NCBI GenBank assembly: GCA_951406725.2
Contig: OX597816.1
Location: forward strand, 151,900,001-151,964,000
Reading direction: 5' to 3'
Source of the DNA: Octopus vulgaris
Taxonomy: Eukaryota
DNA length: 64,000 nt
Positions 13,469 to 25,429 of this stretch are shown piece by piece. How positions within the stretch are numbered: the stretch's first letter is position 1; each line of letters opens with the position of its first letter. The translations under genes and the position numbers were made by a program. The notes under the pieces are model-generated. The model had not been told where the DNA came from, did no database searches, and worked only from the letters and a program-made list of their open reading frames with translations.

Positions 13469-13905
13469 TTTTGTTTCAGCACACGATCTCAGATCAGGTC
13501 ACTTGCTGGGCAAGTACATCTCCGTAATAAATATATATATATTCTACTTATTATACAACATTACTCTTTTATGTATACTTTTTTATGTACATTCCTTTAT
13601 GTACATTGACTTGTTCTGCTTTTTTATGTTTAACCCTACAGTCTCTTATGTGGTGGTTTAATAAAGTATGTGATTGAGTATTATCTGGTAATTGATATTT
13701 GATTTAGATATATTTCTCCATTTTCTTATCTTGTATTAGAAATTTGTGGTAAACCATTTTACCTTTGCCCATATAATACAGTAAATGAATTGATTGCATC
13801 ACAATCATTAACATTTATGTATTAACTTTGTTGGGTACTTCACTAGCAGTATATTGGATAAATGTTATCCCATGGAGGGTTGCATTTACAACCCCTATCT
13901 CAATT

Positions 13906-13934
<29 letters not shown>

Positions 13935-13940
<6 letters not shown>

Positions 13941-14226
13941 GCCTAGCCAGGCTCATGGGTCCAGTATCCTGCTTTCTATGGTGCATGTTTTCCCCCCAGC
14001 TGGACGGGACACCAGTCCATCGCAGCGTTACTCAAGAAACAAGAAGAAAGAGTGAGAGAAAGTTGGGGCAAAAGAGTACAGCAGGGGTCACCACCACCTC
14101 CTGCTGGATCCTCGTGGAGCTTTAGGTGTTTTCATTCGATAAACACACACAATACCCGGTCTGGGAATCGAAACTGCAATCCTCCGACCGCGAGTCCACT
14201 GCCCTAATCACTGGGCCATTTCGCCT

Positions 14227-14227
<1 letters not shown>
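13935..14227 (-). mobile_element. tRNA-derived SINE (same head and body as 6152-6459, different tail)
   Basis: Head gaggcgaaa-TGGCCCAGTGA...AGTTTCGATTCC-cagaccggg; the body is shared as far as agaagaaagagtgagagaaag. Confidence 0.85.
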
Positions 14228-14260
<33 letters not shown>

Positions 14261-15201
14261 GATACATGCATATACACACATACATATATACATATACACA
14301 TATATATACATATATATACATATATATACATATACATACATACATATATACATACAGATATATACATACACACACACATATAAATATATATATACATATA
14401 CGTATACATGAAGGGCCTCCACACAGTCTCTACGATATTCACTCCAAATCGATAAAATTTACTGACATGGCATTGGTCAGCCCATGGCTATAGTTGAAGG
14501 CACTACCTAAGATGCTTTGCAATGAGATAGAACCCAAAATGACATGGCTACAAATTGAGCTTCTTTTCCACATAGCACATTTTTTGGTGAATTCAAATTT
14601 AATATTTAATCAATTTTCAGTCAATTTTTCAGGTTTTGAGAGACTAAATTTGATCATGAAGTAGTGAGATACAGCTACTTAAAGTTATGTTTCATCAATT
14701 AATGTTGTTTATGAATAGAAACTACTTTAAAAATTTTTGTAAATTAATAATGGGAATAAATGATTGAAATCTTATGAAAAACAATTTATCATTTAAAATC
14801 TAATTATTCATTGTTTAGTACTGTAATTAGTTTTCAATATCAGGAAAGTAATTGTGTTTCTACATAAATCTCATTAATATATCATAGTCATAGTTTTAAT
14901 CTGGTATAGTGTGTATATGTGTATACATTAAACGCTAAGGTAACATAGTCTACACTCATATACACACATACACATGCATATATATACAAATACACACACA
15001 CACACACACACATGAATTACTTGCTCCATCATTTCCTGTCAATATTTATATTGACAAGAAATATCCACAGATATTTATAGATTTTCAGATATTTCTTCAG
15101 TAAAAGCATTCCTTTCCATTCTATAATTGTATCCGATAGCTGTTACCTGTGGACAGGCTTAATGAAGCAAACTCCAAGGTAAAAAAACCCAAATGGAACT
15201 G

Positions 15202-15236
<35 letters not shown>

Positions 15237-15476
15237 TGTATGTATGTATGTATGAATGTATGTATTTATACATACATATACATATGCATGTAAATATCTA
15301 AATATATGCTAATAATTTATACAGATATTTAGATGTGATTTCTTTAGAAATCATACAAAGCTCATTTTATAAAAGTCAATTGTTTGATCATTAGTATTTT
15401 GCTAGTAAAATTATTATATGGATTCTTCCATCTTCTGTGAATTTTCAGTTCATATCTCATCATAAACATTAAATCA

Positions 15477-15640
15477 TCTATTATATAAAATCCGTTCTGT
15501 CTCTGTGTGCGTATGTGTCTTCTAGGATCTCAGGCATCCTCCATCCGATTGCACTCAAATTTGATATGTAGATACTGATGGTATCAGGGCGTGTATAAGT
15601 CTTGAAAAAATTACAAAAATTGATTCTAGGTGAGGCTTAT
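15477..15640 (+). mobile_element. Helitron-like non-autonomous 5' end
   Basis: a|TCTATTATATAAAATCCGTTCTGTCTCTGTGTG...ccatccgattgcactcaaatttg is typical of the 5' TC terminus and downstream motif of non-autonomous Helitrons. No 3' CTRR terminus was identified. Confidence 0.55.
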
Positions 15641-15942
15641 GGGACGGTTGGACAAGTTGTTTTGAGAAAATTTGGTTTAAATGTTTGACAACTCAGCACC
15701 ATCCATTGGACGTGGGGGGGGGGGGCGTTTTGCTCATATTTTTATATAATGTCAGCTATAACAAAATATAGACAATAAAAAATGGTTTAGCACTCATATG
15801 AATTTTCCACAATTCATGGGGTGTTTTGAATTTTCAGTTATGTCTAAACTATTATTGTAAGGGAAAAAAAATGAATAACAAAAAATTATAGTATTAAGAA
15901 TAAATCAAAAATAAAAGAAAGAGGTAATAAACTGATTCTTAC

Positions 15943-16763
15943 CTGATTAGAAGAGATTATATCGAAAGAAAAAAATTTCTCCTTGGAAATATTTTCATCC
16001 AATAAATCTTGTTTAACAATAACATCTCCAATCAAATCATGCCTGGAAAATCTGTCAAAGTCATAGAGGCTAAACTGTACACTTCGACTGTTGAGTTCCT
16101 GACATGACACATTGAACATGAAGGTTTCGTTAAATTCAGGATTCAGTGTTTTGCGGTGCACCTTAGTTTGAAATTTGGTTTTCCGATCAGGCAGCAAGTA
16201 GACTTTTACATAAGGATCACTTGTGCCCGAGAAATCTTTAGCTGGGAGATTGGTTGCATTTATAATTGTTACAAACAAATGTTCATTTTGCATATCATAC
16301 CTAAGACTGAAATATAGTTTACCACATGATTGTTCTAGTTTTGTTTCATCTATAAGTGTTTGTTTGTAAAGTTCTGGTTTAATTTTGCCAATGGATGGCT
16401 GACTTTTTTGAGACAAGCTTTGCACAGAAAATTCCACATTAGAGAGGTCAAGTTTGTGAGACAAACTTCGCTCAAATGTTAGGTGTCTCTCAGAAACAGT
16501 TGGCAAAGTTGATTGGCGAAAAGCTTGCAAACTTCTCTTCACAGTGTTTCGAATCCCTTCTTTGCCATCGCATTCGTTTACAAGGTTAGGACTACTCTGA
16601 CTAATTGATAAATTTGCTCTTTCTTCTTTCAGAGCTTCAGCTTCATGATATAAATGATGGTTTGTTCCTATTCTACAAAACCGGCGATATATTAAGAATC
16701 CAATTGAAAGGAGCACAAAGGCAACTACACAAGCAATTCCAATAATTTCTCCAATAGGGAGCG
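15943..16763 (-). CDS. SYT9: Internal exon of a synaptotagmin (Syt9/Syt6/Syt10/Syt3-like): TM helix, linker and complete C2A domain
   Basis: Acceptor ttttcctttacag|CG at 16764/16763 (phase 1); donor CAG|gtaaga at 15943/15942 (phase 0); 821 bp, open. TM segment IIGIACVVAFVLLSIGFLIY-RR. C2A: GKLYFSLRYD...LPAKDFSGTSDPYVKVYLLPDRKTKFQTKVHRKTLNPEFNETF...SLYDFDRFSRHDLIG, with all five Ca2+-ligand Asp. The DFSGTSDPY/PDRKTK signature is closest to SYT9; exact orthology is uncertain. Confidence 0.95.
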
Positions 16764-19306
16764 CTGTAAAGGAAAATAAAATAACATTTATTGGCATTGA
16801 TCACACATGCACAGACTTTAATGGAGAGAGTGTAGCATGAAGATAAAAACAAAGTGATTTGTAAAAATGAATACATAAATATATATATTATCACACTCAT
16901 CATCATCATAATAATAATTATAATTACTGTCATCCTGACCATTACTAATACAGCCATCATCAGCATACTTGTTCTGACACCAGTATTCCCATGTTGACAA
17001 GTTGGATTGGATCTTTCAGCATTACAAATGTGAGACTTATTGCATGAAATGTCAATCTAACCCTTTGTTAACAAGTCAGGTTGAGTTTCTCATTACTGCT
17101 GACAATTTCCATCATGAAATCATTGCATTTCAAGCCGAATCATGTAATATATATTTACATTACATAACACATACCATTGCAGTTGGCTATCCTGCTAATA
17201 TTGGTCAATACTGTCAATACCTAACACAATCATATTCAATTTGTCACATATGTTTATACTATACATTCAAAAGGTCCATTTTTAATTACTTTTTTATCAG
17301 CAACATTTCTCCCCACAATTTCTTATCCTACATCATCACATCACATGTCATGTACTTATGTTATATTGTGCATCATTCTAATGGAGAGAAAAATATTTTG
17401 TTGCAAACGGACACAATAGTTTTGAATTTCACAATTACTTTCAACCCCTAACCATATTTCTGTCAAATGATCTCTCTCCAAAATGAAATATTTCTTCTAA
17501 AAAGAATTATCTGAGCCTGAGCCAATGAGATAACCACTACAGAGTTGTTTGACCAGCTAATTCTCCCTTATATCCGGCACCAAAGACAAATTATAATTCT
17601 AGATACCCTAAAAAGATAGGCAAGCTGGCAAAATCTTAAGTACACCAGGCAGAATGCTTAACAGCATTTCATCCATCTTTATGTCCTTAAAATAAATACC
17701 AGTTGAGCACTGGAGTTGATGTAATTGACTTATCCCCTTTCCCACTCTTGTTGGCCTTGTACAAAATTTGAAATCAATATTACTGGTGATGCCACTAAGA
17801 ACTAAATTTTTGGATTTGTTTGTATCCCATTATTGATTTGATGCTAGTTACTTCTACCTGTAGGGCTGGCCTGAATACTTGCAACAGATCAGACTTTACT
17901 AAAGGCACTGAAGGTGTCAGGTGGTGGTGTCAAATAGGGAGATGGATGAAGTTTAAATCTACCACACCAATAGACCATGGTAGGATTTGAACTTGTAACC
18001 GAAAGCATCGGAACAAACACTACAAGGGACTGATCCAAAGTTCTTACAGTTCCACCAATTCATTCATCTGGATTGATTCTTCCTTATTGATTCTGGAAGG
18101 ATGAAAGGCAAAGTTGTCCTTAATGGAATTTGAACTGAAAGGGTGGAGACAGAACAAACGCAGCAATACATTTTAGCTGGAGCTCTCAAATTTGTTGATA
18201 AATAGTTATATTAATTAGAGAAAATGACAAATGTTTGTTTCTTCAGGAATTAAGGGTTAAATACTGGAAGTTTAAAGACTAACTCAGTTGCAATGCTAAT
18301 ATATCATATTTCATGATACCCTAGACTGTCTCTACTTTATTTCTTTCTTCTTTCTTGATTTATACAAAAATTATTGCTGTTGTAAAGCAGCACACTGTGA
18401 AGCTAAATTCTGACTTTAGTCTGAGATAGTTATTACAAATCAATGAAATGAGATGAAGAATTAAACCTAAAAACAAACAAACAAAGCAAAAGAATGCTGA
18501 TGATCTCTAGGGTCATATAAAACAGAAATTTACTTGTCCTATTCTGAAATATTCAATGATACCATTGACATCATGACCAAATGCGATCATAATCCTCCTC
18601 CTCCTCCCCCCTCATCCCCCAGCTCCTCCCTCCTCTCTTCCTCCCCCCCTCTTTCCTCCCCACCTCTATTTCCTCCTCCTCCATTTCCTCCTCCTCCTCC
18701 TTCTCAGGATCATCATTGTTATTATTGTCATTGTTGTTGTTGTTGTTGTCTCTGTCTTTGCTGATGTGACTGCCATTGCCACTGCTGCTATGTCCCATCC
18801 TCCTCATCTCTCCCTACCCCCCATCCTCACCACCACCCACCCCACCACATACACCACTGCTGCGACCACCACCACCACCACCACCACCACCATCATTATT
18901 GCCTTTATCACCCTTAGTATTATCAATGTCAATGTTGTTATTATGCTCATCATTGTCCCTCTTGTCATCACCATCATTATTACAATACAGTTCTTATAGT
19001 GAACACCCATCATGATGATTGCAACTATGTTGATGGCCATTATTACACCTTCAAAACTTGGTAATCATCTTTACCATCACCCCACCCCACCGCTGCCACC
19101 ACCACCACCACCACCACCACCACTGCCACCACCATCAGCATCAGCATCATCATTTATCTAAGTAATAGAGAATAATTTATATGAATTATTTTACCTTATT
19201 ACAGAAAATACATATATAAGAGTTGATTAACAAAATTAAAGAAATAAAAGAAAAATTTCAACAAAATATAAATATTATATATGCATACATTCATACATAC
19301 ATATAA

Positions 19307-19345
<39 letters not shown>

Positions 19346-19360
19346 TATATATGTATATAA

Positions 19361-19435
<75 letters not shown>

Positions 19436-20334
19436 TATACATATACATATATATATATGTATCTATTTATGTGTGTAGGTATGTATGTTCGTACATGTAC
19501 AAACACATTTACATATCTGCAATCTTCACTACAAATCAAGGAACAACATAATTGTCTGTCTTTTTAATCATGATATTTTGAACAATCAATCTTATATCAC
19601 AAGTTTTTGCTCAATAAGTTGTTTCATCTAATTGTGATTTTATCTCCTAATTGTTCTCTCCTGCCAATACTGTAAGAGCTATAAGAAACGTATATCATCA
19701 CTATCATCATCATCATCATCATCATCTGGAAAATTACCACCAGCACCACCACCACCACACCATCCTTGTCATCATCATCATTGTCGTTGTCATCATCATC
19801 ATCGTCATTGTCATTATCGTTGTCATCATTATTGTTGTTGTCATCATTATTGTTGTCATCATCATCATCATAATCATTATTCAAATGATGAACAGAGTTC
19901 CCATCTCACCCATTGCAATATTTATAACCAATTGTAGTTGTATGGTCAGTTGATTAATCTAGGGATTCAAATATGATCATTGGTTAGATATGAATCCTTA
20001 GGTGGAAATCTGAATTTATTATCATCATCATCATCATCGTTATCCACTTTTCCCTGCTTGCATTTATCAGATGAAATTTGTTGAGGCAAATTTTCAATGG
20101 CCATATATAAGAGTTGATTAACAAAATAAAAGAAATAAAAGAAAAATTTCAATGAATTATAAATATTATATATGCATCCATATTTTATATCTCTGGATGA
20201 AACAATCGTCTGCATGAATTAAAATTCTCTTATATATTTTAACAACTTGCCTTCTCCATTTTTAACTAAATTGATGAGGCTTATAGGATTCTTTCCATAA
20301 ATACACTGCGCATCATATACAAGTATATATATAG

Positions 20335-20655
20335 CCTGGCACTACATCGGTTATGAGAACAAGGGTTCCAGTTGATCAGATCAACGGAACAGCCTGCTTG
20401 TGAAATTAATGTGCAAGTGGCTGAGCACTTGACAGACATGTGAACCCTTAATGGTTCTCAAGGAGATTCAGCATGACACAGTGTGACAAAGTTGGCCCTT
20501 TGAAATATAGGTTCTATTCATTTTTTCCAGTTGAGTGAACTGACGCAACGTGAAATAAAGTGTCTGGCACAAGGATATAATGCATCACTAGAAATTGAAC
20601 TCATGATCTTATGATTGTGAGCTGAATAACATAACCACCAAGCCACATGCCTCCA
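20335..20655 (-). mobile_element. tRNA-derived SINE with CORE-like central domain
   Basis: Minus-strand head ggaggcatgtggcttggtggttatg...gagttcaatttc, followed by ...cagacactttatttcacgttgcgtcagttcactcaactgg. A similar decayed head lies near 12195-12310. Confidence 0.65.
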
Positions 20656-20714
20656 TATATATATATATATGGAGTACTCTTAAAGTTAAAACTACCAAAA
20701 TAAATAAACATATC

Positions 20715-21001
20715 GTACCAAGTCGTTGCCAGTGCCATTGGACTGGCTTCTGTGCTGGTGGCACGTAAAAAACACCATTTGAGTATGGCTGTTGCCAGTA
20801 CTGTCTGGCCCTCGTGCTGGCGGCACATAAAAGTACCCACTACATTCTCGGAGTGGTTTGCACTAGGAAGGGCATCCAGCTGTAGAAACTCTGCCAGATC
20901 AGATTGGAGCCTGGTGCAGCCATCTGGTTCGCCAATCCTCAGTCAAATCATCCAACACATGCTAGCATGGAAAGCGGACGTTAAACAATGATGATGATGA
21001 T
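20715..21001 (+). mobile_element. RTE 3' UTR fragment with (GAT)n tail
   Basis: ...ggaagggcatccagctgtagaaactctgccagatcag...gcatggaaagcggacgttaaacaatgatgatgatg. Confidence 0.85.
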
Positions 21002-22369
21002 ATACATATATATGTATGCACACACACACACATACACACACACATACACATATATATATATATATAGATAGATATACATATATATATGTATGCATGTATA
21101 TATGTGTTTGTATATAAATATAAATATATACATATGTATATGTATATATATGTATGTATACACACACACATATATATACATACATATATATGCACACACA
21201 CATTCACAGAGATATATACATATACAGATATGCACACATACACAGACATACATACAGATACATATATATTCTTGTAAATAGGGAATAACGTTTTTTTTCA
21301 AGCATGTATTAAAAACATGACTATTTTCAAATTTCATCTTTTTTATGAAGGATTTTATATATTTTCATTTTAGTCCTTTATATTTTGTTTGAATTTATAC
21401 CATTCCTAATATGATTTGTCATATGTTTTGAAAATTTCACATTTTCACTATAAACTAATCATGAATGTATCATAACTAATGTATATACATCATCGACAGG
21501 AAAATTACTGCAGTTTTTGTCTGGGATAAAACCGTATGAATGTACTGGGTTTAAAAAAGCAGTATATACTGGAAAGAGATGAAAAATTATTCCAGTAGTC
21601 GGTTGTGAAAATGCTAGATGTATTTCTGCGGTCCTGTGCATTGTCAATGATATGTACTCATAACATCCACATGTCAAAATGAGATTTGTCATAGGAAACA
21701 GTGAATAATACATTCACTGATATTGCATATAGCAACTAAGCTGAGAAAAATAACCCAGTCAACCCAACTGAAATAGTATTAAATTGAAATAGCCATCTAC
21801 TTAATGCATTACCCTGGTATTTTCAAATACTGCATGTTCTTAAGAGATTTTATTTTGGACAAACACCACAGTAACTTACCTGTCAATGGTATATATATAC
21901 ATTAAGTATGATACAGAGATGGTTATTTTAATTTAATACTGTTTCAACTGCATTGACTGGTTCAATATAAACTGTTGTAATGGTATGTTGTCTTTGTGAG
22001 ATGAGGTAAGTAGCAATGTTGTAGAATTAATGACTCAAACTGTTGCATCAGACACACAAGACAGACACTCTTCCATTGGTTGATCATGCATTTATTACAT
22101 AGAGCTATTGCAACTCATTAGAATACAGTATACAAAAAAGAATTGGATAAGAAAATATTTGTTGACATCATCATCAATCATCCACATTTAACAACCACCC
22201 AATTTTATATAAAATTTCACAAAAGTGAGAGGAATAACTATGGAAGCTTTACTTATAACAAAATACTGGCTAAAAGTAAACATGCAGATCGTCGGTGGTG
22301 TTTTATCATTCTTGCTTTCATGCAAGAATTGGCCTCATTAGCCATTGGCTGGTTTCTTTTTGATCCAAC

Positions 22370-22920
22370 TCCCCACTTCTTTTTACAAAAGCCCAATGGC
22401 AATAGGGTAAGGATGGTGGGAGCAGGTTTTAATGAAACTAGAAGCTCCTAGTCTGGATCTGCATGTTGGCAGCAGATGCAAGAAGGTGGCCTTTCTGGGA
22501 CCTGGTGACAACCCAAGGACTTGGTCCTACATCTGCAACTGGGCAGGCCTATTTGGGAACACCACTGCTCAACCTGAATGGAGAGGGCCCTAAAAAAAGG
22601 TGGGCTAAATATCGGCTGTCACCACAGAATCCTGGCTGGTAAGCTGCATCCAGCTGGACACCCATTCAAGGGGTCAAACAACAACAGAAATTAAATAAAA
22701 TAAATTAATTAAACTAATCATTGGAACATGGAATGTGTGAATGCTCCTCAATCCTCAAGACACAGAGAGACCAGAACGTATAACAGCTCTTTTCTCCAAA
22801 GAACTAGCAAAATTTAACATCGATATCCTTGCCCTCAATGAAACATGTCTATCTGGGGAAGGAAAGACTGAAGAGATAGTTTCAGGTCATACCTTCTTCT
22901 GGAAAGGGTAAGAAGAAGGA
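22370..22920 (+). mobile_element. RTE/BovB-like LINE 5' fragment (5' UTR and N-terminus of APE endonuclease, pseudogenised)
   Basis: From ~22711 the translation is KLIIGTWNV*ML...ERPERITAL / SKELAKFNIDILALNETCLSGEGKTEE...GHTFFWKG, which carries the GTWNV and DI.AL.ET endonuclease motifs. Confidence 0.8.
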
Positions 22921-22946
22921 AAGAGAAAAATTCATGCAGATATATT

Positions 22947-22988
<42 letters not shown>

Positions 22989-23726
22989 TGATGAAATCTA
23001 CTAGGATTTACTGTAATGTAATTTTAAGTTCAGCACATTCCCATCATTCTGTTTCACTCATCATACTCTTGCAACTTTCTTCTAGCCATCCTGCCTTCAT
23101 TATTTCTCTCTCTCTTCTATTCACCTTCATGGATATGCTGTCTTGAATAAACAAATATATCACAGAGCAATGAGAACTCCCTAGTCTTACATGATATAAG
23201 GCAATCTCACTAGTTCTGCTACCATGATAAAATACACCCAGTACACTTTATAAAAGAGTGTAGGTGAATTTGTGGAAACAATATAGTGTTGGAAGAAACC
23301 TTTAGTTTTGTTGAAGACATGACAACCTCTCTTGACCTGGTACCATTATAAAACATACCCAGTGCATTCTGTAAAGTGGATGGTTTTAGGAAGGGCATCC
23401 AACCTTAGAAGCCATATTGAAATTGGAATGTTCATGGGAGAATAAGTCTTTTGATGTGTCTAGGAGAGCAGTAACTCTGGATAAGAACTGACTTACACTG
23501 TGATGATCTGTTCATCCCCTACCAGAATGGAGTGCAGATGTAAAATGAAGATGACAATGATGACAACAATGATGAAGATGATGAAGATGATGATAATGAT
23601 AATAATGATGATGACGATGACAATGACAACGACGATGATGATAATGGTGATGATAATGAACGATATTGCATATATTCAAGATAATATCATAATTCATATT
23701 GTCTTTTGTGCATGTGGGGGAAACTC

Positions 23727-23966
23727 ATCATCATTGTCATCATTTAATGTCCGTTGTCCATTGGATGGTTTGACCAGAGCTGGTAAGCTGGACGGCTGCA
23801 CCAGACTTCAGGCTGATTTGGCATGGTTTTCTATGCCAATCCAAGAGTATAATGGGTGCTTTTACGTGCCATTTGTATGACACCGGTTTCTTCCACAACT
23901 GTGATTTTTCTTGGTTTGATGGAACTTCTTCTCAAGCATGACATAAGGCCAAAGGTCTCGGTCATT
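23727..23966 (-). mobile_element. RTE 3' fragment (decayed)
   Basis: A (cat)n tail is followed by tttaatgtccg...ttggatggtttgacc...ctgcaccagact...cttctcaagcatgacat, as in the other copies. Confidence 0.7.
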
Positions 23967-24217
23967 GCCTCCGTGAGGCCCAACACTCGAAAGGAACTCA
24001 GCTACTCAGCCTCCGTGAGGCCCAACACTCAAAGGAACTCAGTCACTCAGCCTCTATGAGGCCCAACACTCAAAAGGAACTCAGCCACTTTGCCTATGTG
24101 AGGCCCAACACTCAAAAGAAGGTACTCAAACACTTTACCTCCATGAGGCTCAATGCTCAAAAGGAACTCAGCCACTTTGCCTCCAAGAAGGAACTCAGCT
24201 TGAAAGGAACTCAGCCC
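23967..24217. repeat. ~42-bp minisatellite, about 5-6 units
   Basis: Unit gcctccgtgaggcccaacactc(g/a)aaaggaactcagc(t/c)act(ca/tt), decaying toward the right. Confidence 0.9.
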
Positions 24218-24848
24218 AAACTTTGAAAAAATAATCTGCTGTAGTTATTTATATTATATATATTAAATAAAATATGAATATACTATCTCATAAATTATTT
24301 CAACTGTCGAAAATTTATTTTGAAATATTGACATTTTCTGAATTGTTCAATACCAGCTTTTATAAATTGAACAAAGGTTATCAAAAGAAATGTGTTTTAA
24401 AAATATTGCCTTCACTGTATATATAATAAATAAACTCTCAATATAAAATGATAGGAAAATATCTAATTAAAAATGTATGTTCATTTTTTTCGATTCAGAG
24501 ATTTAGTGTTTGCTTCTTTATATAAATTTGACACCATTCTCATTACTTTTGAAAATGAACAGCAAAATATTGTTTATGAAATTAATGTATGTTACTGTTT
24601 TTGCTAATTTATTTTAGCAAGTTTGTGGTAACAAAATCAAGAAGTGAAATATTGTCAGAAGAAATGGATTAGGTACTGCAAATTAAATTTGAGCTTTGGT
24701 GTGTAAAAATGTAGAAGAGACAAAAGAATAAAGTAGATGATTATCAGCTCCCATGTTATAAGTTTAAATCCATTACAAGGTTTCTTTGTTTTTGAGAAGG
24801 ACATTTAACTCTATATGCCTCAGTTTACTTAGTTATTGAAAATAAGTG

Positions 24849-25405
24849 CTAGCTCGAAACTGGACCAGTCCCGTGACTCTGTTAGCTGACGGGGCTTAGT
24901 TGGGGTTCGCTCCCCTAGTGATATATTGTATATAAAGAATGCAGAATGTTGCATTGAAAACCAGCTGGTGGAGAATCTGCTTGGGGTTAAACTATTCATA
25001 ACATTCACCTGCCACTTTGATGTGGCGACTCATTCTACTGTTCAGTATACGCTATTACTCTATCTCTTCTTGAGATTTTATAACTAGTTACTTTGCTTGT
25101 TACAAATCAGTGACCGATGGTCACTTTGTTTACAGTATATTGCTAGCAGAAGCATATCTTAGCTGTCACTCCATTGCGCAGGTGCACATGGCTGACAAAG
25201 AGCCAACTAGCTCGAAACTGGGTCAGTCCCACAATCCTGTTAGCTGATTTGGGTTAGTAGAGGTTCGCTCCCCCTGCTAGCAATATATTGTATATAAAGG
25301 ATGCAGAATGTTGCATCGAAAACCAGCTGGCAGAGAATCTGCCTAGTGTTAAACTAGTAGTAACATTCATTTGCCACTTTGATGTGGCAACTCATTCTGC
25401 TATTC
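24849..25405 (+). repeat. Direct repeat (~195-bp match, 358-bp period) carrying hammerhead-ribozyme-like motifs
   Basis: 24849-25042 resembles 25207-25405 (ctagctcgaaactgg...cagtccc...gcagaatgttgcat.gaaaaccagctgg...gccactttgatgtggc.actcattct). Confidence 0.9.
25180..25239 (+). ncRNA. Degenerate type I hammerhead ribozyme motif
   Basis: catgg-CTGACAA-A-GAGC-caacta-GCTC-GAAA-CTG-ggt-CAG-TC^cca. Stem II is GAGC/GCTC, stem III is ACTG/CAGT, and GUC cleavage would follow 25228. The G8->A change is consistent with CpG decay of CTGACGA. Confidence 0.65.
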
Positions 25406-25429
25406 CTAAGAGAATTTTGGTTCTATTGT

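Noticed and set aside
15886-16797. 303-aa ORF as a complete single-exon gene
   Set aside because: The N-terminal MPINVILFSFT and C-terminal VRISLLPLSFIFDLFLIL are read-through of the polypyrimidine tract and donor-side intron. C2B is missing.
18534-19040. Pro-, Ser-, His- or Glu-rich ORFs (also 31602-32710)
   Set aside because: These are trinucleotide low-complexity tracts with no domain or compatible splice structure. The nearby donor at ~18533 is phase 0 and does not fit the phase-1 acceptor.
23967-24217. Second CRISPR-like array
   Set aside because: It is a head-to-tail minisatellite with no spacers, derived from RTE sequence.
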